Assembly (NCBI GenBank): GCA_032654565.1 | Contig: JAULAX010000018.1 | Location: 454,415-518,414, forward strand | Origin: Anaeromyxobacteraceae bacterium | GTDB taxonomy: Bacteria > Myxococcota > Myxococcia > Myxococcales > Anaeromyxobacteraceae | DNA: 64,000 nucleotides | Direction of reading: 5' to 3' | Shown: in pieces, positions 31,501 through 40,625 of the stretch | Layout of the letters: every line of letters begins with the position of its first letter | Numbering within the stretch: position 1 is the stretch's first letter | Program-made: the position numbers and the translations under genes | Notes under the pieces: model-generated | What the model was told of the DNA's origin: nothing | Database searches by the model: none | Seen by the model: the letters and a program-made list of their open reading frames with translations, nothing else

Positions 31501-34500
31501 GAGCCCATCTACGTGGCCGAGAACGAGCACGCCCGGCTCATCGAGGTGCTGGAGGCCCGGGTCCAGAACGAGCCCTCGCCGTCGGCGCGGTCCACCCTGC
31601 TGCGCCGCATCTCCAGCCTCTACGGCACCCAGGTCCGAAACGGCGAGCTGGCCTTCACCGCCGCCGGGCGGGCCCTCACCGCCGACCCCGACTCGGTGGA
31701 GGCGCTGCAGCTGGCGGTCACCTTCGGCCAGCAGATCGGCCTCCCCGAGCAGGTGCAGCTGCTGCTCACCGAGAACGCCGACCGCGCCCACGAGCCGGCC
31801 GCCCGCGTCGAGTACCAGCGCCAGCTGGCCCGGCTGGAGTCCGACCCGGCCCGGGCCGCCGAGGCCTGGCAGCGGCTGCTGGAGCTGGCCCCCGAGGACC
31901 GCGAGGCCAGCGCCGGCCTGCTCGACACCCTGCGCGGCAGCCCGGACGCCGAGGCGCTGGAGAAGGCGCTGCGGCGGGCGCTGGCCCTGGAGGAGCAGCC
32001 CGGGCAGCGCCAGGTGCTGCTGGCCGACCTGGCCATGCTGCAGGAGGAGCGGCTGGGCGATCCGGCCGGCGCCGCGGCCACGCTGAAGCGGCTGCTGGAG
32101 CTGGCCCCGGGGAGCCGCGAGGCCATGGCCCGGCTCGACCGGCTGCACGTGGCCGGGGAGCGCTGGGTGGAGCTGGGCGACCTGCTGGATCGCGAGCTGG
32201 CGGCGGCCCGGCAGGCCGGGGACGCCCCGGCGGTGCTGGTCCTCTGCCAGCGGCTGGGCGAGCTCAAGGAGACCCGGCTGCTCGACCGCGAGGGGGCCAT
32301 GGCCCTCTACGAGGAGGTGCTGGCGACGCGCCCCGACTCACCGGAGACGCTGGCCCGGCTCGGCGCCATGCTGGAGAAGGATCCCGGCAACGACCGCGCC
32401 GCCCTGGCGCTGGAGACGGCCTACGCCGCCGCCGGCGACCACCGGCAGCAGGCCATGGCGCTGGAGGTCCGCGCCCAGGGGCGCCCCGACCCCGAGGAGC
32501 GCAAGGCCCTCTGGCTCCGCCTCGCCGAGCTGCGGGCCGGGCCGCTGGCCGAGCCGGAGCTGGCCTTCGTGGCCCTCTCCCGCGCCTTCCGCGACGATCC
32601 GGGCGACGAGGCCCTGCGGGCCCGCATCGAGGCGCTGGCGGCCCGGACCGGGCAGTTCGAGGAGCTGGCGGCGCTCTACGAGGACGAGGTGGACAAGCTG
32701 CAGCCGGCCCCCATGGCGGCGGTGGCGCTGGTGCTGGGGCGGCTCTACGAGGAGAAGCTGGACGGGCCGCCCGCGGCGGCCACGTGGTACCAGCGGGCCC
32801 GGGCCCTCGACCCCAACGCGGCGCCGGTGGCGCTCCCCGCCCTGGAGCGGCTCCACCAGCGGCTGGAGGCCTGGACCGAGCTGGCCGAGGTGCTGCAGGC
32901 CCGGGCGCTGGAGGCCATCGGCGGCGAGCGGGTGCCCTTCCTCTACCGGCTGGGGCGGCTCAGCGAGGAGCGGCTGGCGGCCCCCGACCAGGCGGCCCAC
33001 GCCTACGAGCAGGCGCTGGCCGTCGACCCGCGCCACCTGCCCTCGCTGCAGGCGCTGGAGGCGCTCTACGAGGCGGCCGGGCGCACAGCCGAGCTGGTGG
33101 CCAACCTGGCCGCGCAGCGCGCCGTGGTCAACGACGGGGCCACCCGCGAGCGGCTGCTGTCCCGGCAGGCGACGCTGTCGGCCGAGCTGGGGCGGGTCGA
33201 GGAGGCGGTCGAGCTCTGGCGCGAGGTGCTGGGGCTGCGGGCCCGCCACGAGGAGGCGCTGGCCTCGCTCGAGGAGCTGCTGCAGCAGCTGGAGCGCTGG
33301 AGCGAGCTGGCGGCCCACCTGCGGGTCTGCATCGGCGCCACCGTGGACCGCCGCGAGGTGGCCCGGCTCAACGACAAGCTGGGCTGGCTGATGGGCGTGA
33401 AGCTGGGCGATCCGGCCCAGGCCATCCAGTCCTACAAGGCGGTGCTGGCCTCCGACTCGTCCAACAAGCGGGCCCTGGAGTCGCTGCGCGACATCTACGC
33501 CGCCCAGGGTGACCTGGAGGGGCTGGCCGGCACGCTGCGCCAGCTCATCCCCCGGCAGGAGGATCCCGCCGGCGTGAAGCGGATCCGGCTCGACCTCGCC
33601 GAGGTGCTGGCGCGGGCCGGGCAGAAGCTGGGGGCGGTGGAGCAGGCCAAGCTGGCCTTCGGCATCGAGCCCCACACCGTCGAGCAGCTGGTCCGGATCG
33701 AGGAGGTCTTCCGCGCCGCCGGCGCCGCCGCCGACGCCATCCGCGCCGCCGAGGCGCGCGCCGCGGTGCTGGCCGAGAGCGGTGGGCCGGCCGAGGCCAT
33801 CCCCGCCTGGCTTGCGGTGGCGGAGCTCTGGAACGTGCAGAAGCGGCCCGACGCCGCGGCCGCGGCGCTCGACAAGGTGCTGGCGCTCGACCCCGGCAAC
33901 CGCCCCGCCTTCCTGGCGCTGCGCGGGCTGCACCAGGCCGCCGCCAACTGGCGGGCCGACGCCGACCTCTGCCTGCTCTTCGCCCCGCAGGCCGGGCCCG
34001 AGGAGCGCCTGGCCCTGCTCAAGGAGGTCGCGGTGCTGCGCGAGCAGCGCCTCGGCGAGAAGCACATGGCCTCGCTGGCCTGGAACCGGGTGCTGGGCGA
34101 GGCCCCCGGCGACGAGCAGGCGCTGGCCGAGTGCTGGCGGCTGGGCCACGAGGGCAAGGAGCAGGACACCCTGGCGGTGGTCATCGAGGACGCCGCCGAC
34201 AAGGCCCGGGGCATGGTCCGGGCCCGGCTGCTGCTCAAGCTGGGCGCGCTGCTCGACGCCCCGCCCCTCGACGACGCCGAGGGGGCGGAGAACGCCATCC
34301 GGCGGGCCCTGGAGGCCGACCCCGCCAACCCCGACGCCCTCGACGCCCTGGCCGGCCTCTTCAAGCGGCGCGGGCGCATCCACGAGCTGGTCATCACCAT
34401 CGAGCAGAAGCTGGAGGGGGCGGCCGGCCTGGACGAGAAGAAGGCCCTGCTGCTGGAGGTGTCGCGCCTCTACGACGAGGTCATCCACGACGTCGACGAG

Positions 34501-37500
34501 GCGGTGGCGGCGCTGAAGCGCCTGCTGGAGCTGGACGGCGGGGATCCCGCCGCCCTGGAGGCGCTGGCCGGGCTGCTGCGGCGCGAGCACCGCTGGGGCG
34601 AGCTGGCCGGCGTGCTGGCCCGGGCCCGCGACCTGGCCAACGACGACGCGGCCCGCCTCGGCTGGCAGCTGCAGATCGCCGGCCTGAACGAGAACGAGAT
34701 CGGTGACGAGGAGGCGGCGGTGGAGGACTACCGGACCGTCCTCGGGCTCGACGACCGCAACGCCACGGCGCTGGCCGGGCTGGAGCGGCTCTACACCAAG
34801 CTCGACCGCTTCGCCGAGCTGAACCGGGTCTACGAGCGCCAGGTGGAGCTCTCCGCCGATCCGGTCGAGCAGGTGCGCATCCTGGCCCGGAGCGCCGGCA
34901 TCTTCGAGGAGAAGATGCACGACGCGGCGCGGGCCACGGCGCAGAACGAGGCCATCCTCCGCGTCGACGGCGGCAACGTCCCGGCCATCAAGGCGCTGGA
35001 GCGGCTCTACCGCGACCAGGGGCTCTTCGACCGGCTGCTCACCGTGCTGGCGCACCATCTCGGGCTGCTCACCGACCGCAAGGAGCAGGTGGCGCTGATG
35101 GTGATCACCGGCGACGTCTGGTGGAAGGAGATGTCGCGGGTCGACCGGGCCGAGGCCATCTTCAACCAGGCCATCCAGCTCGACCCCGAGTCCCGGCAGG
35201 CGGTGGCGGCGCTGGGGCGGCTCTACGAGCGGAGCGGCAACTGGAACCTGGCGCTGGAGATGCTGCAGCGCGAGGGGCGCATCGCCGGCGCCAGCCGCGA
35301 CGCCGTCGACATCTACCTGCGCATCGGCGCCATCGACCAGGACATGCTGATGGACACCGCCGCGGCCAAGGAGGCCTTCGGCAAGTGCCTGGCGCTGGAC
35401 CCGGGCTGCCTGCCGGCGCTGCGGGCCATGAAGGGGATCGCCGAGCGCGAGGGGAACCGCGACGCCTTCCTGGAGCTGCTGACCGCCGAGGCCCGCTACG
35501 CCGAGGACGACGAGCAGCGCGCCGACCGCTGGACCGAGGTGGGGAAGGTCTTCAAGGAGGAGCGCGACGACCGCGAGGGCGCGGTGCGGGCCTACGAGGA
35601 GGCCCTGAAGCGCAAGGCCGATCACCTGCCCTCGGCCCGCCCGCTCTCCGACCTCTACGTGGCCCTGCAGCGCTGGCCCGACGCGGCCCGGGTGCTGGAG
35701 GCCATCGTCCGCACCCTGAAGGGCGGCGGCGACGCCAAGGAGCTGTGCCGGCAGTGCTACCGGCAGGGCTACGTGGCAGAGAAGCTCGGCCAGCGCCCCC
35801 AGGCGCTGCAGAGCTACCGGCGCGCCTACGAGCTGGACGCCACCTACCTGCCGGCGCTGGAGGGGCTGGGAAACCTGCTGGTGGCCGAGGGGCAGCTGGA
35901 GGAGGCGCTGCGCATCTTCACCGCCATCATCATCCACCACCGCGACCAGCTCACCGACCTGGAGGTGGTGGAGACCCACTGGCAGATCGGCGAGGTGGCC
36001 GACCGGCTGCAGCAGCCCGATCGCGCCGTGGGCAGCTTCAAGAAGGCGCTGGAGCTGGACGGCGGCCACGAGCCCTCGCGCCGCAGCCTGGTCCGGCTGC
36101 TGGAGGCGGCGGGAGACTGGGACGGGGCGGTGGAGCAGCGGCAGCGGCTGCTGCCCAGCCTGGAGGGGAGGGCCCGCTTCGAGGCCCACGTGGCCATCGG
36201 GCAGGCCTGCCGCGACCACCTCAAGGATCCCTACCAGGCCATCGACGCCTTCACCGGCGCCTCCCGCATCGATCCCACCGACCTGCCGGTCACCGAGGCG
36301 CTGCTGGCCCTCTACCGGGAGACGCGGCAGGGGCAGAAGGCGGCCGACGTGCTGGCCCGGATCATCGCCCGGCCCGAGGTGCAGGCCGACGCGCCGCGCG
36401 CCGCCAAGCTCCACGTCCTGCTGGCCGAGATCCTGCGCGACGAGGTCAAGGACGAGGCCGGGGCGCTGGCCCAGTTCGAGAAGGCGCTCGACCTCAACCC
36501 GCGCCAGCCGCAGGCCTTCGCCTGGATCGAGCAGGTGCTGGGGCGCGGCAAGCGCTGGGCCGAGCTGGAGCAGGCCTACCTGCGCATGGTGCAGCGGCTC
36601 CCCAAGTCGGCCGAGGCCGCCCCGGCCCGGCTGGCCCTCTGGAAGACGCTGGGCGACCTCTACCGCAACGTCCTGAAGAGCGACGACGGCGCCCGCATGG
36701 CCTACCAGGTGGTGTCGCGCGCCGACCCCGAGGACGCCGTGGCCGTCGAGCTCTACGCCGACCTCTCGGCGCGGACCCCGGGGCAGGAGGCCGAGGCCAT
36801 GCTGGCCTACCGCCAGCTGCTCAAGCTGGGGGCCAAGCCGCAGAAGGCGCTGTCGGCGCTGGTCTCGCTCCACGCCACCCGCAAGCAGTTCGACCGGGCC
36901 TACTCGGCGGCCCAGGTGCTGGTCCACCTCACCGGCCAGGCCACCCCGGAGGACGTGGCGGTGGTGGCCCGGCTGCGCAAGTTCGCCCGCGACCAGGCCT
37001 CCCGCCCGCTCGATGACGAGCTCTGGGGCCTGCTCTTCCACGAGCGGCTGCGCGGCCCGCTGGCCGAGATCATGGCCCTGCTGTCGCAGCACGCCCGCCC
37101 CATGTTCGTGCAGAGCCCCAAGGAGCTGGGGCTCAACCTCAAGAAGGACGAGCTGGACGTGCAGGGGTCGATGCTGTTCCTGGTCAACATGTTCAAGTAC
37201 GTGGCCCGCACCCTGGGGGTGGAGCCGTTGCGGCTCTTCCGTCGCGAGGAGGTGGCCAGCCGGCTGCAGCTGGTGCCGACCGATCCGCCGGGCGTGCTGG
37301 TGGCGGAGGAGCTCTTCTCCGACCGGCCCAAGAAGGAGCTCTGGTTCGCGCTGGGCAAGGCGCTGGCCTTCCGGCGGCCGGAGCTCTACATGGCCCGGCT
37401 CATGCCCCACGACCAGCTCGACCTGGTCTTCCAGGCGGCCTGCAGCGTAGGCACCTCCCGGTTCGTGGTCACCGCCGACCCGCACCTGGTGGCCAAGCTG

Positions 37501-37818
37501 AAGACCGAGCTGGAGAAGGTGCTGCCGGAGAAGGTCCGGACCAACACCCTGAAGCTGCTGTCGCGCCAGTACTGCGACGTGCAGCACCCCGGCGACGTGC
37601 GGGCCTACCTGGACGGCGCCGAGCTCACCTCCAACCGGGCGGGGGCGCTGCTGGCCGCCGACCTGGAGACGGTGAAGCGCGGCGTCCTGGGCGAAAAGGC
37701 GCAGGTCTCCAAGCTGCGCGACGAGACCAAGGTGAAGGATCTATCGAACTTCTGCATCTCGGAGGAATATGCGGTCCTCCGGGAGCAGCTCGGCCTCGCG
37801 GCCGTCACCCCCGCCTGA
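25522..37818 (+). CDS. gltI: Giant cytoplasmic TPR protein GltI (AgmK)
   Basis: 4098-aa uninterrupted ORF of TPR-like repeats, no signal peptide, between gltH and gltJ. Confidence 0.85.
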   Translation: MDQQIRAHLETLEAAPGDAEAFRALEEAYRSGGRFEELASLLEARARVLPTAEAGRLLAQAAEVARREAANPARAEELYRALLAHDPINQAALQALAELAEARQDWATLAEVLERQALATPTPAEGARLSLRLGKLHEEKLGRRDRAALRYAGAVRLDAGLAEARQRGLDACLALRRYSQAKRLLDTARDGGAERAGLARDYARLGATLADQALFHDVAMDSLIEAQMLDRAAPGAAEARERLTVLPRRWREEAAELEARAGRLPRREAAELLLRAAQLQAAYSPDGVAPAVELLERAWVQAPGHPAVLELLERVLEDRKDFGGHAAALERLAAATRERGALVQLLLASARLKLVRLGDAPAALATLARALEYDPACEPAALQSFEQLADAGRFAEAVAVLERHLEATPEKPGHALLRVRAAELARTRLDDGERARRHLDAALRADPGNAAAATALVPLLTAGGEWARLVEVLAVRVASEPDTTERVRLQERQAAVELEQLERPGDAFRTLSRALALDPRRGSIRAALEEAARRAGLLPELCRALRSAARAVALDPAARRSLLRRAGELLDGELGQPEAGAEAWRELVGFDPADREAATALAACEARARAQAEALDTLAADHAQAQGARRRETGYALARALSVAGRGTAAAVTWRELLAASVDDEEALWGLHAALEATPGPVAAEERTQVLARLAALVRGAPQRVELELERAVLLVEPLGRHGEAAGVVTALLAAGGTTAAQQQQAVALLERLLARGVDPLRIARVLAPVHAARGEPGKQVAMLELVARRLPADADPRERARYLLDASVIRGERLGDVRGALTAAAEALRAAPNHTEARKRCEQLAHQVGAQAELYALLAEAARRLEGKPDEEVALRRRAAAVAEEELGASDAAAEQLRRCLELRPADPELMARLTRVLLVAECWGEAVELLVERARGASDADRSALLGQLAEVLLERLDRAADAVAAYREALALAAPAGRSRLLARLAAALGAAGDPAGQASTLAELAAATEDPAEAARASLESARLSAGLGDQAGAVSRLAGVLRADPSDAAALATLEQALADPQPEVVLTAARALEVAHAARGDAAGRLRALTAAARVHPEAEARAAAWRQVARLHEQAGTSPVEMVAAAVEAVRATPADAELRRELRRVADLGRDVEAAARGLDEAAEALGGAERATVLRELADWCERRLEARDRAAEAWERLLLVVPGDAAALAALRRLFRATEQWSRLVEICEVIAAHAASSPARQDPLREIAALAETRLGDLPRAADAWREVARLSPEDRDVAAAVDRLLTTLDRPAELAAALEARLEGAFDPETAFRLAELRRTRLEDPAGALALHAELARREPGRSGPREALVLLAALPGVVGQEALGVADAALRAAGEQVRRVAIREARLAGPAEPAERARLHAEIRALLERELGDPAAARAAARRAFAEGGPGREDAEADLRRLAAAGGAGAFAVVADAYLEAAGEGGEGALDWMRKAARARDVELDDGPGAILVWKSVLEAQPEDAEALEVLERRYAEVTAFREQLEMALRRATLAVGDARVPALRHAAEIARQAGDADAEISSLAEARLVAPRDEATLAALEEALGRAGRASAQVEVLQAMAELAGDRDPAERLALLSRRAELLERDPDPHRAIDAYTAVLAEWPRDPIAVAGLERLLERPDARAQAQRILEDVQRLAGDPARLATLLEIRLEATPASHRQGLLAEIAGLRERGGDREAAFATRLRAFEEAVAAGGDDPAGRADLERLAGDAAAWEAVAAAYQAALSQVPAAALELRRRLASICGERLGALDRAVAWWEEVAAADPGPEPLSALVRLRRRQGAKRELVAALLRLAEATAAPESKKELLFEVAKIMDEQLANRDGAIEAYRKILSIDPEDPGALRLLGRLLNVAERWEELAAVMEREAVAAARRPETTAEAAELRFRLGRIRQARLNDAAGALAAYRQVLERAPRHPGTLGALQELARTSGPAAMDASLLLEPIYVAENEHARLIEVLEARVQNEPSPSARSTLLRRISSLYGTQVRNGELAFTAAGRALTADPDSVEALQLAVTFGQQIGLPEQVQLLLTENADRAHEPAARVEYQRQLARLESDPARAAEAWQRLLELAPEDREASAGLLDTLRGSPDAEALEKALRRALALEEQPGQRQVLLADLAMLQEERLGDPAGAAATLKRLLELAPGSREAMARLDRLHVAGERWVELGDLLDRELAAARQAGDAPAVLVLCQRLGELKETRLLDREGAMALYEEVLATRPDSPETLARLGAMLEKDPGNDRAALALETAYAAAGDHRQQAMALEVRAQGRPDPEERKALWLRLAELRAGPLAEPELAFVALSRAFRDDPGDEALRARIEALAARTGQFEELAALYEDEVDKLQPAPMAAVALVLGRLYEEKLDGPPAAATWYQRARALDPNAAPVALPALERLHQRLEAWTELAEVLQARALEAIGGERVPFLYRLGRLSEERLAAPDQAAHAYEQALAVDPRHLPSLQALEALYEAAGRTAELVANLAAQRAVVNDGATRERLLSRQATLSAELGRVEEAVELWREVLGLRARHEEALASLEELLQQLERWSELAAHLRVCIGATVDRREVARLNDKLGWLMGVKLGDPAQAIQSYKAVLASDSSNKRALESLRDIYAAQGDLEGLAGTLRQLIPRQEDPAGVKRIRLDLAEVLARAGQKLGAVEQAKLAFGIEPHTVEQLVRIEEVFRAAGAAADAIRAAEARAAVLAESGGPAEAIPAWLAVAELWNVQKRPDAAAAALDKVLALDPGNRPAFLALRGLHQAAANWRADADLCLLFAPQAGPEERLALLKEVAVLREQRLGEKHMASLAWNRVLGEAPGDEQALAECWRLGHEGKEQDTLAVVIEDAADKARGMVRARLLLKLGALLDAPPLDDAEGAENAIRRALEADPANPDALDALAGLFKRRGRIHELVITIEQKLEGAAGLDEKKALLLEVSRLYDEVIHDVDEAVAALKRLLELDGGDPAALEALAGLLRREHRWGELAGVLARARDLANDDAARLGWQLQIAGLNENEIGDEEAAVEDYRTVLGLDDRNATALAGLERLYTKLDRFAELNRVYERQVELSADPVEQVRILARSAGIFEEKMHDAARATAQNEAILRVDGGNVPAIKALERLYRDQGLFDRLLTVLAHHLGLLTDRKEQVALMVITGDVWWKEMSRVDRAEAIFNQAIQLDPESRQAVAALGRLYERSGNWNLALEMLQREGRIAGASRDAVDIYLRIGAIDQDMLMDTAAAKEAFGKCLALDPGCLPALRAMKGIAEREGNRDAFLELLTAEARYAEDDEQRADRWTEVGKVFKEERDDREGAVRAYEEALKRKADHLPSARPLSDLYVALQRWPDAARVLEAIVRTLKGGGDAKELCRQCYRQGYVAEKLGQRPQALQSYRRAYELDATYLPALEGLGNLLVAEGQLEEALRIFTAIIIHHRDQLTDLEVVETHWQIGEVADRLQQPDRAVGSFKKALELDGGHEPSRRSLVRLLEAAGDWDGAVEQRQRLLPSLEGRARFEAHVAIGQACRDHLKDPYQAIDAFTGASRIDPTDLPVTEALLALYRETRQGQKAADVLARIIARPEVQADAPRAAKLHVLLAEILRDEVKDEAGALAQFEKALDLNPRQPQAFAWIEQVLGRGKRWAELEQAYLRMVQRLPKSAEAAPARLALWKTLGDLYRNVLKSDDGARMAYQVVSRADPEDAVAVELYADLSARTPGQEAEAMLAYRQLLKLGAKPQKALSALVSLHATRKQFDRAYSAAQVLVHLTGQATPEDVAVVARLRKFARDQASRPLDDELWGLLFHERLRGPLAEIMALLSQHARPMFVQSPKELGLNLKKDELDVQGSMLFLVNMFKYVARTLGVEPLRLFRREEVASRLQLVPTDPPGVLVAEELFSDRPKKELWFALGKALAFRRPELYMARLMPHDQLDLVFQAACSVGTSRFVVTADPHLVAKLKTELEKVLPEKVRTNTLKLLSRQYCDVQHPGDVRAYLDGAELTSNRAGALLAADLETVKRGVLGEKAQVSKLRDETKVKDLSNFCISEEYAVLREQLGLAAVTPA

Positions 37819-37825
37819 GCGAGCC

Positions 37826-39487
37826 ATGAAATTCACCTGCGACAGCTGCGGCGCGGCCTACATGATCTCCGACGAGAAGGTCGGAGCCAACGGCGTCAAG
37901 GTCCGCTGCAAGAAGTGCGGAAACCAGATCACGGTCCGGCGCGCCGAGGAGGCGGTGTCGGCGCCGGTCCTGGAGCGCGTCGCCCCGGCCGCCCCGGCGG
38001 GGCTCGATGAGGAGCTGGGCAGCGCCTTCGACCACGCCTTCGGCGACACGCCGGCGGCGCCCGCGGCCGCCCCGGCCCCGGCCCCAGCGCCGGCCCCGGC
38101 CCCGGCCCCGGTATCCCCCGCGCCGGTGGCGTCGCCGGCGGCCCAGGAGTGGTACGTGGCCATCGGCGAGGCCCAGGTCGGCCCGCTGCCGCTCGGCGAG
38201 GTGAAGAAGCGGTGGGAGGCCGGCGACATCGGCCCCGACTCGCTGGTCTGGCGGCCGGGCATGGCCGAGTGGGGTCCGCTCTCGGGGGTCCCCGAGCTGG
38301 CCACCTTCCTGGCGCCGGTGCCGCAGCCCAGCGCGCCGGGCGCCGCGCCGGCGGCCTCGGTCTTCGCCGCGGCGGCCGCCTCGCGCACGTCGGCGCCGCA
38401 GCCGCGCCTGGCCACGCCAGCCCCGGAGGTGGAGTGGAAGCCCACCGGCGCCAGCGCCCTGGCCGCGCTGGCCAACGAGGAGCTGGCGTCGCGCGCCCCG
38501 TCGCCGGCCGCCACTCCGGCCGCCGCCCGCTCGGTCATGGAGCAGCTGCCCGACTCCGGCGGCGTCGATCCCACCGGCGCCATCCCGCTGCCCATCAAGG
38601 CCATGGAGCGGACCGGCGAGCGGCCGGTGCACCGCTCCTCGGTGGCCCGCGGCGCCGAGGAGCTGCGCCACAAGCGGACCATGCGGACGGTGGTGATCGG
38701 CGCCCTGATCACCGTGGTGGCCGTGGCCGGTGGCGCCTTCGCCTGGGTCCAGTTCGCCATGAAGCCGGCGGCGCCGGTGGCCCAGCTGGCGCCTCCGCCC
38801 CCGCCCACCCCCGCGCCTGCGGCACCTGCGCCGGCGTTGGCCCCGGCCCCGGCCGCCGAGGCCGCGACCAACGCCCTGACCGCAGCACCGGTGGTCGCCA
38901 CGCCGCCCCCCGCCGCCCCCCCGGCGCCGGAGAAGCCGGCCGAGGCGGCCGCGCCGCGGAAGGCCAAGGCCCCACCGCCCGTCGCCGCTCGCCCGGCCCG
39001 CCCGCCGGTCGCCCAGGCCGCCCCGGCGGCGCCCCGGCCCGCCGAAAAGCCGGCCGCGGAGAAGCCGGCCCCCAAGAAGAAGGACGGGCTCCTCGACTTC
39101 GACCAGGGCGGCGAAGACGACCTGGCCGCCGCGCTGGGCAGCGGCACCGGGGGGCGCAAGGTCTACGTCCCGCCGGCGGCCGGCACCGCCACCGCCGCGC
39201 CGGATCGGCTCACCGAGGGGCAGATCAACGAGTCGGTCTCCCTCCACCTCGACGGGCTGAAGCGCTGCCTGGCCGAGCAGCGCACCCGGGCGGCCGACGC
39301 CCACGGCACCATGAAGGTGAGCTGGATCATCCAGGCCGACGGCACCCCCCGCGAGGTCCGCTGCATCACCCCCGAGTACGCCGCCACGCCGTTCGCCCAG
39401 TGCATCACCGCCGAGGTGAAGGGGATGCGCTTCCCGCGCCTGGGCGACGCCCGGGGCCAGCAGGTCACCTTCCCGTTCTCCTTCTAG
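37826..39487 (+). CDS. gltJ: GltJ (AgmX): Zn ribbon, GYF_2, TM, TonB-C-like domain
   Basis: MKFTCDSC...VRCKKC; WYVAIGEAQVGP...LVWRPGMAEW; TM; C-terminal FPFSF. Confidence 0.88.
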   Translation: MKFTCDSCGAAYMISDEKVGANGVKVRCKKCGNQITVRRAEEAVSAPVLERVAPAAPAGLDEELGSAFDHAFGDTPAAPAAAPAPAPAPAPAPAPVSPAPVASPAAQEWYVAIGEAQVGPLPLGEVKKRWEAGDIGPDSLVWRPGMAEWGPLSGVPELATFLAPVPQPSAPGAAPAASVFAAAAASRTSAPQPRLATPAPEVEWKPTGASALAALANEELASRAPSPAATPAAARSVMEQLPDSGGVDPTGAIPLPIKAMERTGERPVHRSSVARGAEELRHKRTMRTVVIGALITVVAVAGGAFAWVQFAMKPAAPVAQLAPPPPPTPAPAAPAPALAPAPAAEAATNALTAAPVVATPPPAAPPAPEKPAEAAAPRKAKAPPPVAARPARPPVAQAAPAAPRPAEKPAAEKPAPKKKDGLLDFDQGGEDDLAAALGSGTGGRKVYVPPAAGTATAAPDRLTEGQINESVSLHLDGLKRCLAEQRTRAADAHGTMKVSWIIQADGTPREVRCITPEYAATPFAQCITAEVKGMRFPRLGDARGQQVTFPFSF

Positions 39488-39509
39488 CCGCGCCACAGGG
39501 AGCGGCACC

Positions 39510-40625
39510 ATGAGCCACGGGCCCATCCTCGGAGCGACCGCCGGCCCCTATCGGACCCTCGAGTCCATGGGGGTGGCCGAGCTGGAGGCGCTGCGCCTGC
39601 TGCTGCGCGGCGGCTCGGTGATCGACTGGCGGCGACTCAACTTCACCCGGGCCGCGGAGGTGGACGCCTTCCTGCGGCTCAACCTCTTCGACCTCGACGA
39701 CCCGCGCGACGAGCGGCGGCTGCGCGCGGTGCTGGCCCAGGCGGTGGAGTACGTGCGGGCCGAGTTCGGCTACCGGGTGGCGGCGCCGGTGGCGGCGCCG
39801 GCCGACCTGCGCCACCTCTTCCTGCTGGCCTCCGGCGTGGCCGAGCCGGCCCGGCACCGGCGCATCGCCTGCGTGGTGCTCAAGGTGATGCACGTGCTCC
39901 ACCACCTCGAGGCCCGGGAGCTGCTCTTCCGCACCCCCATCCGCGAGGCCGACCTGGCCGAGCGGGTCCACCGCCGGGTCATGGCCGAGGCGGCGCGGAT
40001 GCGGGCCATGGGCATGCCGATCGTGGAGTTCGTGGGCAACGTCAAGAGCCGCGAGTCGCTGGTGACCAAGCTGCTGGCCAAGAAGGAGTCGGTGGCGGCC
40101 CAGGTCTTCGACCGGGTCCGCTACCGGGTGGTCTGCGAGAAGCGCGACCAGCTGGCCGGCGTGGCCTGGCACCTCACCCAGCACCTCTTCCCCTTCAACT
40201 ACGCGGTCCCCGGCCAGACCCGCAACTCTCTGCTCCGCTTCGGCGAGCTGCTGGGGCGCCACCCGCAGGGAGACGCCATCACCGCCCAGCTCCAGCTCCC
40301 CGTCGACGCCGAGAAGCGCTCGGCCTCGGCGCCGCGCAACGAGTTCAGCGGCGAGACCTTCAAGATGCTCAACTTCGTGGTCGACGTGCCGGTGCGGGTG
40401 GACGAGCTGCTGCCGCCGGCCGAGTCGATGGCCGACGAGCTGGGGCGGGTGGTCTTCGCGCTGGTGGAGTTCCAGCTGCTCGACGCCGCCACCGCCCGGG
40501 CCAACGAGGCCGGCGACTCCTCCCACGACCGCTACAAGCGGCGCCAGCTGCAGCGGGTGCTGCGCCGGCTCTCGCGCGGGCTGGTGGTGCCGAAGCGCAA
40601 GGGCGCCGGGAAGCCGCGGCCGTGA
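39510..40625 (+). CDS. TIGR04552-like protein with RelA/SpoT synthetase-like domain
   Basis: GGSVIDW N-terminus; GNVKSRESLVTKLLAKK...FDRVRYRVV, VEFQL and HDRYK align by eye with RelA_SpoT motifs. Confidence 0.75.
   Translation: MSHGPILGATAGPYRTLESMGVAELEALRLLLRGGSVIDWRRLNFTRAAEVDAFLRLNLFDLDDPRDERRLRAVLAQAVEYVRAEFGYRVAAPVAAPADLRHLFLLASGVAEPARHRRIACVVLKVMHVLHHLEARELLFRTPIREADLAERVHRRVMAEAARMRAMGMPIVEFVGNVKSRESLVTKLLAKKESVAAQVFDRVRYRVVCEKRDQLAGVAWHLTQHLFPFNYAVPGQTRNSLLRFGELLGRHPQGDAITAQLQLPVDAEKRSASAPRNEFSGETFKMLNFVVDVPVRVDELLPPAESMADELGRVVFALVEFQLLDAATARANEAGDSSHDRYKRRQLQRVLRRLSRGLVVPKRKGAGKPRP

Noticed and set aside
24805..37587. Very long minus-strand ORFs (2447 aa, 1749 aa) and similar antisense ORFs over ccoI, acnB, gltC/D/G/J and pepP
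   Set aside because: Shadow frames caused by extreme GC3 bias. They lie antisense to motif-supported genes and show no recognisable domains.
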